Positions 57,889-64,000 of a stretch of 64,000 nt of DNA are shown one piece after another. The DNA is from Vampirovibrionaceae bacterium NZW_1234 (lineage in GTDB: Bacteria; Cyanobacteriota; Vampirovibrionia; Vampirovibrionales; JAGQHJ01): assembly GCA_041697335.1 (NCBI GenBank), contig JBGUGD010000007.1:151976-215975 (forward strand), given 5' to 3'. How positions within the stretch are numbered: the stretch's first letter is position 1; every line of letters starts with the position of its first letter. Under the pieces are notes generated by a model. That model saw only the letters and a list, made by a program, of their open reading frames with translations, had not been told where the DNA came from and did not search any database. The position numbers and the translations under genes are program-made.

Positions 57889-57969
57889 ATGACCCGGCTG
57901 AATTTTAAGCGGCTGAATATTATTGACTATGCTGCCCTTGCGGCTCTTGGGGCCCTGCTGTTTATCTAG
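57889..57969 (+). CDS. Possible 26 aa hydrophobic peptide MTRLNFKRLNIIDYAALAALGALLFI
   Basis: AGGA 8 nt before ATG; basic N-terminus plus hydrophobic helix; sits in an otherwise empty gap. Confidence 0.35.
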   Translation: MTRLNFKRLNIIDYAALAALGALLFI

Positions 57970-58133
57970 GTGTGGTGCTTATCGGGGGGTGTGCCGGATT
58001 GCCCAGGGTTTGGGCGTGACCTCTACCGGATGAAAGTGAAGCCTTGCTTTAAGCGAAGGCATCTTGGTTTTCAAGTCAATACGCTATAATACTGTAAGCG
58101 CTGGAATGTGGATGTAGAGAGGCTGATTTTTTG

Positions 58134-59471
58134 ATGGTGTCGGCAAGCCAAATTCTTCAGGCGGTGGATCGGATCCTGCATTTCGATACCAGTGGCATCC
58201 TATTTTCAACCATTTTGTCTCACGGGCGAACCGGATCGTTCTTGTTGCACAGTTATCTGGATAATCATCCGGAAATTATTCTGGTTCCCCGCCAATGTCA
58301 TTATTTTACGGACTACTACAGCGGCATGTACCAGCAAGCCCAAACACCCGACGAGTGGATGACGGTGTTTTTCAAGCAGTCTTCTTTCAGTTATCCGATG
58401 AACTATTCCATGAAGCTCCTGGGGCCGGGTATGAACGAGCCCTATGTGTTTCCCGAAGACGAATTGAGACCGATTCTTCACGAGGTGTTAAGTCAACTTC
58501 CCGAGATTAATTGCAAAACCTTTATTTTGGCCTTTCATTTTGCCTATGCTCTCTTGCGGCAACAGGATTTGGACCAGGTCCGGGCTATTGTCCTCCACCA
58601 TCATCTGCCTATCACCGTGTATCTGAATTTTGGTGCTCCCACCTCCATCCGAGCAATGACCGATGAGACCCTGCGCCAGACCCTGTGTGCCTTTCCCAGG
58701 ATGAAGGTGATGCACTGTATTCGAAATCCCTTCGATCTGTATCGGAGTACCATGGAAATTATCCAAGGAGAGCTGGCCGAGCACCTGAAGACGGTCTATC
58801 AGAAGAGTTGGATCTGTTTACTCGGGTACTTCCAAGCCACCCATCTGTCAGAGTTGATGGGCCCGGACCAGTACATGTTCGTTAAACTGGAATCGATGCA
58901 TCTGGCCCATCGTGAGACCATGGACGCCGTTTGCCGCTATCTGAACATTGGTTTTTCCGAAACCCTTCAGGAAAGTACCTTTGACGGCAAGATTTGGTGG
59001 GGTAAATACCCCAAAACGGCCCCTCTCAACGGGATTAATCCAGACTTTAAAGAAAACACATGGCCAGACCGCATGGATGACGGAACCTTGGCCTTGTGCA
59101 ATGCCATTTTCAGAACCTTGGCGGTGAAGCACGGCTATCACATTCCTGAATGCCGGGCCCGCATTCCCAATGTCTATGTGAACTGGACCCAATATGAGCA
59201 AAAAGCCTATAAAGCCTTGATCCGAGATTACATGCGTCGCCCTCTGAAGCATTTTCGCTCATTTTTACCGGTCATTCTTGCGTATCCGTTTGTTCGTACC
59301 CGTTTCATGTATGAGATGTGTCGTGCTGCGAAGACCATCGGGCGCTCTTGGCCGAATCTGGACTATCGGGCGTTTTGGATGCGCAAAAACAAGGCCTGGA
59401 TGCAGGCGTTGCCCTATCGGCAAAACCAGATTCTCTCCAGCGATGCGCAAAATCCCGTTGGCGTGCGCTAG
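58134..59471 (+). CDS. Sulfotransferase-family protein
   Basis: HGRTGSFLL..YLDNHPEI (5'-PSB-like), IRNPFD (3'-PB-like), VKLE.M, STFDGK.W. Confidence 0.75.
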   Translation: MVSASQILQAVDRILHFDTSGILFSTILSHGRTGSFLLHSYLDNHPEIILVPRQCHYFTDYYSGMYQQAQTPDEWMTVFFKQSSFSYPMNYSMKLLGPGMNEPYVFPEDELRPILHEVLSQLPEINCKTFILAFHFAYALLRQQDLDQVRAIVLHHHLPITVYLNFGAPTSIRAMTDETLRQTLCAFPRMKVMHCIRNPFDLYRSTMEIIQGELAEHLKTVYQKSWICLLGYFQATHLSELMGPDQYMFVKLESMHLAHRETMDAVCRYLNIGFSETLQESTFDGKIWWGKYPKTAPLNGINPDFKENTWPDRMDDGTLALCNAIFRTLAVKHGYHIPECRARIPNVYVNWTQYEQKAYKALIRDYMRRPLKHFRSFLPVILAYPFVRTRFMYEMCRAAKTIGRSWPNLDYRAFWMRKNKAWMQALPYRQNQILSSDAQNPVGVR

Positions 59472-59551
59472 ACGCTTCGGTCACCAACCTCGACTTGCCA
59501 GGGCCGTATTTTGGGAGTAAGATCTTGAAGGAATTGACAAATAAACCTTAT

Positions 59552-59625
59552 CGGGATGTAGCGCAGCTTGGTAGCGCACTTCGTTCGGGACGAAGGGGCC
59601 GCAGGTTCGAATCCTGTCATCCCGA
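59552..59625 (+). tRNA. tRNA-Pro (anticodon CGG), no CCA encoded
   Basis: CGGGATGTAGCGCAGCTTGGTAGCGCA-CTTCG-TTCGGGA-CGAAG-GGGCC-GCAGGTTCGAATCCTGT-CATCCCGA. Confidence 0.97.
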
Positions 59626-59684
59626 TTCTTAATTCCCACCCCAATGGTTCTCATAGAGAGGCTTTTGACCCTGTATCGGGTAAG

Positions 59685-60806
59685 ATGGCCTTTGAAGCTT
59701 TATTTGAGAATCCTCAGCCATCAAAACACAAAATTCGACAAACTCGGACACAAACTCCGACATTTTTGAGTGTCAAAGATGCCGCTATCATACTGGGCAA
59801 GAATGAACGCACCATTGCTCGATGGTGTGCTTCAGGAACCCTCGCTGCTATCCCTAAAGCGTTTGGCATTAAAACAACGTGGCTTATAAGTCCCCAAGCG
59901 GTTGAGCTGAAATTGCTCGAAATCCAGCACAGTCAAAGTGCGAGTGTTGATGTGTCTAAGGTTGCTAAGCGATCTCACAAAGACCTCATAGGGCCTTGGA
60001 AGGCTGCTATGCGATCTGGTGGGATTGGTAATAAGCCCTTTAGCCCCAGAACCATAGAAACCTACAACGTCTATCTGCCTCCCTTTGTTCAGAAATATAA
60101 GACTGTCTCAGCCGAAACCTTGAAGAAGGCCCTAAACGCTATCCCCGTTGAACAGTTTGCCAAGCGTCTTAAACTTTATGAGGCTGTGGTGTGCTTCGCT
60201 AAGTTTGCCGTGCAGGAAAATTCCCTGGAAGCTTCTGAGCTAGAGGCTATTAAGCAACTTCGGCCAAAGAGACACCTTCCGCCTAAGCGTAATACAGTCA
60301 CGGAGAGGCAGCTAGGAAGCCTCACAGCAGCTTGCAAAGATCCGTTAGATACTTTGATAGTAACTCTGTTAGCGAACACAGGACTTCGAGCTTTCGAGGC
60401 CTGCAATTTACGACTTAGTGATATTGACTTAGCCGCTGCCACTTTGAACGTTCAATTAGGCAAAAACAACAAACCAAGAACGGTAGGGCTTAATCCGGCT
60501 ACAATCCAGACTATACAACAATATGTTGAGGTTGTTAAGCCATCTACCTATCTGCTACTCAACTCCAAGGGGCAAAAGATGGACAGGCATGGCCTAAAGA
60601 GGCGGCTTGAAAGAATCGGCAGAGATGCTGGAGTCAAAGTGTCACCTCATTCCCTTAGGAGAGTTTTCGTGACTCTTAATGCAAACCGAGGGAAGCCCCT
60701 ACCAATGATTCAGATGGCTTGTGGGCACTCTGACATAAGGACAACAATGGGCTACTGTCAGACTTCGCAGGATGAACTAATCGAGTCAATGAAGCAATGG
60801 GATTGA
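59685..60806 (+). CDS. Tyrosine recombinase/integrase with N-terminal excisionase-like HTH
   Basis: TGLRAFE, GKNNK.R, HSLRR, GHSDIRTTMGY; N-terminal LSVKDAAIILGKNERTIARWC; start moved out of the tRNA. Confidence 0.93.
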   Translation: MAFEALFENPQPSKHKIRQTRTQTPTFLSVKDAAIILGKNERTIARWCASGTLAAIPKAFGIKTTWLISPQAVELKLLEIQHSQSASVDVSKVAKRSHKDLIGPWKAAMRSGGIGNKPFSPRTIETYNVYLPPFVQKYKTVSAETLKKALNAIPVEQFAKRLKLYEAVVCFAKFAVQENSLEASELEAIKQLRPKRHLPPKRNTVTERQLGSLTAACKDPLDTLIVTLLANTGLRAFEACNLRLSDIDLAAATLNVQLGKNNKPRTVGLNPATIQTIQQYVEVVKPSTYLLLNSKGQKMDRHGLKRRLERIGRDAGVKVSPHSLRRVFVTLNANRGKPLPMIQMACGHSDIRTTMGYCQTSQDELIESMKQWD

Positions 60807-60833
60807 ATTCAAGAATCCCAGAAAGGAGCAACT

Positions 60834-61094
60834 ATGAGCGTTTCTGAAGTGACATTTACGGGTATGACAGAGGGGCCTGACAAGACCCTACTGACACTTA
60901 GGGCTGAAGCGGCAGGGCATCTGTTTGAGGTGTCTGAGGGATTCTCAGAAGTTCAAAGGAGCTATTTATGGTTATGCTTCAGTCAAAGTCTGAATGGCTA
61001 TAAATTCCCTGTTAAAGGTAGGATCAAAAGCTCTGAAGTTGATGGCACAAATAAGCCCCTGGACCCTGTATTTATTGAATTCATTGAGCAATAA
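60834..61094 (+). CDS. Hypothetical protein
   Basis: AAAGGAG RBS, 86 aa, followed by hairpin. Confidence 0.7.
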   Translation: MSVSEVTFTGMTEGPDKTLLTLRAEAAGHLFEVSEGFSEVQRSYLWLCFSQSLNGYKFPVKGRIKSSEVDGTNKPLDPVFIEFIEQ

Positions 61095-61131
61095 AAAAGC
61101 CCCAGCCTCCACAGGGGAAGCTAGGGCGTTT
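61093..61131. terminator. Probable terminator between convergent genes
   Basis: AAAAAAGCCCCAGC...GCTAGGGCGTTT imperfect stem; T tract on minus strand. Confidence 0.55.
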
Positions 61132-61133
61132 AA

Positions 61134-61772
61134 TCAAATACACATGAGTGTGTACACATTGGTGTGTAAGAGTCCTAAGTCATAGAGTCTCGACAGGTCA
61201 AGGCCCAAAAAGTCTTGGCCTGTTTCGTGATTAGTTTTTAATTCGAAGTTGCTGGTTACGGATTTCCAGTCGGCGTAACCAAGGGTTTTTATCGCATTGT
61301 CCCAACGGTGGAAAGTGAAGTAATCACATTTCTGTATGGTTAAGTCTTTGTACCACAGCGGGAATGAGAAGTCACAGCGGGTATTTTGTGTGATTTTACT
61401 GTCAATGCGTTTACCTTTTAGAATGTAGTCAAATCCCGGATCGCCTCCACGTTTGCCTTCAGAGGGCTGAGGGAGACTCTCGTTAAATTGTTTTATGTAG
61501 TCCTCAACTGAAGCTCTATATAGAAAGATGTCAGCTAACTCAGCTACACCACCGTGATAGTGGTTTTTAATTTGTCGCTCTAATTCATTTTTGGAGAGCC
61601 GCTCCGGGTTTCTAATCCTAAGCGCAAAGATTTCTTTTAAAGTGTTTTTGTCGCTCTCAAACTGGATTCTTAATGTGGGCGCAAAGGTTATCAACGGATT
61701 GTCCTGCTTTGCTATTACAAAGCCGATTTCTGAAAATTCATGCAGGAAATCCTGTTGCTCAAGTGTAAGCAT
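61134..61772 (-). CDS. Hypothetical protein, PD-(D/E)xK nuclease-like motif
   Basis: GVAELA ... GDPGFDY ... IDSK; GAGAGG before ATG 61772. Confidence 0.6.
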   Translation of the reverse strand: MLTLEQQDFLHEFSEIGFVIAKQDNPLITFAPTLRIQFESDKNTLKEIFALRIRNPERLSKNELERQIKNHYHGGVAELADIFLYRASVEDYIKQFNESLPQPSEGKRGGDPGFDYILKGKRIDSKITQNTRCDFSFPLWYKDLTIQKCDYFTFHRWDNAIKTLGYADWKSVTSNFELKTNHETGQDFLGLDLSRLYDLGLLHTNVYTLMCI

Positions 61773-61853
61773 TAATACCTCTCTTAAAGCCAAAGTGGTG
61801 TTAGGCCCTGTAGAGAGCCCACACCGACTTTGACTGTGTGTATCTTGAGTTAA

Positions 61854-63677
61854 CTATCCAAAAGCTGTCATTGCACCAGGAGCTTCATACCAGTTGTGTC
61901 CTGATGTTGGAGTCACAAGTTTCTTAGCACTGCTACTGATGGCAGCGGCAATTTCTTGGGCCAGTTCTTTCTTGTCCTTGGCATAACCTTCAATGACGAA
62001 GTTGTTACTAATTTGAACGCCCTGCCCTGCTTGTGACTTATGCAGACCTGTCGGACTCCAGCTAGCACTCGATCCGTGACCTCTCAGGCCCTTTACTGGC
62101 TTGCTGGTATCGGCCCTTTGTTGGACGTTCATCGCCTCATACTTGAGGTGTCCTAGTCCTGGAAGTCCTGAAGCTAAGTTGTAGACCATCGCTGTAACAG
62201 CAGAAACAACTTTAAACCATGCCGCCACTATGCCGCTATTTGTGATCAAAGCAGCTATAGTAGCAAGTCCTGCTGTTACTGCCGCTGCTACACCAAGGAC
62301 TCCAGCTACAGTTACTCCAGGTAGGGCAGCGATTAAAGCAGTGGCAGTGACAATAGCACCACCCACAACTAAAGCAGCGGCTCCTAACAGACCGAAAATA
62401 AATAGGAATCTTGTCAGCTTGGGGTGCTGTTCCACAAAGCTTTTCAACTCTTGGACTACTGGAGTTAGGGCTGCCGCCCACTGTGCAAACATCGGTATGA
62501 GGTTTTGCCCCAGAGCCACTTTCAGATTTTCCATAGCCACGTTAAGCGCTGCGAATTTACCAAGGTCACTCTTACTAAATTTAGCCGCTGCTTCCTCAGT
62601 GCCAAAGGCTTCCCCATACATCCCCTGGTGGCGTTTGACGGCATATCTCTGAAGCGCTGTGGAGATGTTAATGCCTGCTGCATTCTGTGAGGACCACAAA
62701 CCAGCCATAGCAGGGATGCTAGAGGGGTTAGTGATATCGACACCCTTTTTAGCAAAGGCAGGGCCTAAAACCGTATACAGCCATTCCACTTTGTCTTTGA
62801 GATACAAGTCTTGATTCTTCAAGGTAAAGTCTGCAATGTTCCCCTTGGCATTACGTTTAACGTTCTCCAGTAACCCAAGTTGGAACCACTTTTCCCGCTT
62901 TTCCTTAGAGACACCATGAGCGGCTAAATGAGCAACGGCGAAACGGTCCATAGCAGTGAAACCAGTTCCGGCTCTAGGCCCTCCCATCTCCTGCATCATT
63001 ACAGCCATGTTTGCGATGGCCTGAGGGCTTTGAGAGGTGCGGGTATATGGCATGTTTTTCATCATTCCGTGGATGGCATGCATGTCTACCTTGCCGCCCG
63101 TCATATAGGCCACTCGCATATAACTATCGAGGTACTTCATCATTTTGTAGGCGTTGAACTGACCACCCATCTGCAATTCTGCCGCTCTCTGGGCATCCCA
63201 ACCCATTTCTTCAGCCCGTTCTCCGTAGAGTCCCTGAAGACCTAAGTTGAATTTAGCCATATAAGCTTGCATACGCATCGCTTCTCGATAGTTACCAAAG
63301 ACAGCATACGAGTCTTTGAAGTTGTGATAAGCCGTTGCAGTAGACAGCGCTGGAAACATTTTAGTTAGTCGGCTGACTTCGGTAGTTACACCGGTGATTT
63401 GCTTGGTGGTAAGTCCCAAGCCCTGTAGCTCAAACTTCAGTTTCTCGACTTTCTTGGCTGCGTCCACAGATTCTTTACCTAAATGAACAAATCCGGCTAC
63501 AACAGCACCGCCAACCATCATTGCACCCAGCCCACCCATGAGCTTTAACTGTCTGTTGATATGCCCTACGTTCTGCCCCGCTCCCTTTGCAAGGTTGCTA
63601 AAGTGAATGAGATGCTTACTAGCGTTGTCCACCATGTGCAATGCAACGTAAACACGGAAAGCTCCACTGCCGCTCAT
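61854..63677 (-). CDS. Phage tail tape-measure-like protein
   Basis: Ala/Gly-rich helical sequence, V.LHMVDNAS N-terminus, NLKVALGQNLIP...FVEQHPKL followed by hydrophobic segments, QISNNFVI..DKKELAQEI C-terminus; AGGAGG RBS. Confidence 0.75.
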   Translation of the reverse strand: MSGSGAFRVYVALHMVDNASKHLIHFSNLAKGAGQNVGHINRQLKLMGGLGAMMVGGAVVAGFVHLGKESVDAAKKVEKLKFELQGLGLTTKQITGVTTEVSRLTKMFPALSTATAYHNFKDSYAVFGNYREAMRMQAYMAKFNLGLQGLYGERAEEMGWDAQRAAELQMGGQFNAYKMMKYLDSYMRVAYMTGGKVDMHAIHGMMKNMPYTRTSQSPQAIANMAVMMQEMGGPRAGTGFTAMDRFAVAHLAAHGVSKEKREKWFQLGLLENVKRNAKGNIADFTLKNQDLYLKDKVEWLYTVLGPAFAKKGVDITNPSSIPAMAGLWSSQNAAGINISTALQRYAVKRHQGMYGEAFGTEEAAAKFSKSDLGKFAALNVAMENLKVALGQNLIPMFAQWAAALTPVVQELKSFVEQHPKLTRFLFIFGLLGAAALVVGGAIVTATALIAALPGVTVAGVLGVAAAVTAGLATIAALITNSGIVAAWFKVVSAVTAMVYNLASGLPGLGHLKYEAMNVQQRADTSKPVKGLRGHGSSASWSPTGLHKSQAGQGVQISNNFVIEGYAKDKKELAQEIAAAISSSAKKLVTPTSGHNWYEAPGAMTAFG

Positions 63678-63838
63678 TAGGAAGCCTCCTGTATGGGTAA
63701 ATTTAATCGAATCCTGATTAGGATGTTATAAATTGGGTTGGGGCCTTTTAGACCTCGGTAGATTGCCTCTTTTTCAGTCTGTGAGGCTGTCTCTCTCGCT
63801 TGGAGCAGAGTCACAGCGGGGTTAATGGTATTCATCAT
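63677..63838 (-). CDS. 53 aa hypothetical protein translationally coupled to the tape-measure-like gene
   Basis: MMNTINPAV...IQEAS; AGGTG RBS; TAATG stop/start overlap; not in ORF track. Confidence 0.6.
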   Translation of the reverse strand: MMNTINPAVTLLQARETASQTEKEAIYRGLKGPNPIYNILIRIRLNLPIQEAS

Positions 63839-64000
63839 AATTTCACCTAATAATTAAAAGCCTAAGTTCCGAAAGGCTGCTTAGAATTGCCCTGCGACAC
63901 TTAGGCTTGTGGTGAGTATCACAGTCAAAGTTGTGTGTTATGGGTATTTTCGAAGTTCAATCATTCAAACTATGTTTAACGTGCTCATCAGTAAGTAAAA

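Larger units (their letters stand above)
59626..64000. mobile_element. Integrated phage-related element at tRNA-Pro 3' end (continues beyond window)
   Basis: Tyrosine integrase 60 nt after the tRNA, tape-measure-like gene, apparent shift to A/T-ending codons; second att site not visible. Confidence 0.8.

Noticed and set aside
59568..59684. ORF-track start of the integrase
   Set aside because: Begins inside tRNA-Pro; ATG 59685 is more plausible.
1..64000. CRISPR array, rRNA, IS transposase
   Set aside because: No regularly spaced repeats, rRNA signatures or transposase motifs seen.

Overview
A 64 kb bacterial chromosomal segment. The gene style suggests a Vampirovibrionales/Melainabacteria-like organism, but this is inference and not a database result. 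It carries housekeeping and stress genes (tpx, htpG, a Hsp20, lhgO), a large NeuB/KdsC/NeuA-centred surface-sugar cluster (10.3-25.5 kb), tRNA-Leu(TAG) and tRNA-Pro(CGG). An integrase-bearing element with a tape-measure-like gene starts at the tRNA-Pro 3' end and runs off the window. Two systems stand out. (1) Ten unrelated proteins begin with a Ser/Thr/Pro/Arg-rich, non-hydrophobic leader ending in [V/L/P/F]-R-F-G (8 exact, 2 variants). In an S1/P1-type Zn hydrolase the motif sits directly before the Trp that must be residue 1 of the mature enzyme, which argues that RFG is a processing site of an export/targeting signal. (2) A complete classical 1:2/2:3/3:4 transcription attenuator with a Met-rich leader peptide (MMMSTMMM) lies upstream of a DUF62 SAM hydrolase, consistent with methionine-sensing control of a Met-releasing enzyme. 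All product calls come from motifs read by eye; no searches were run.
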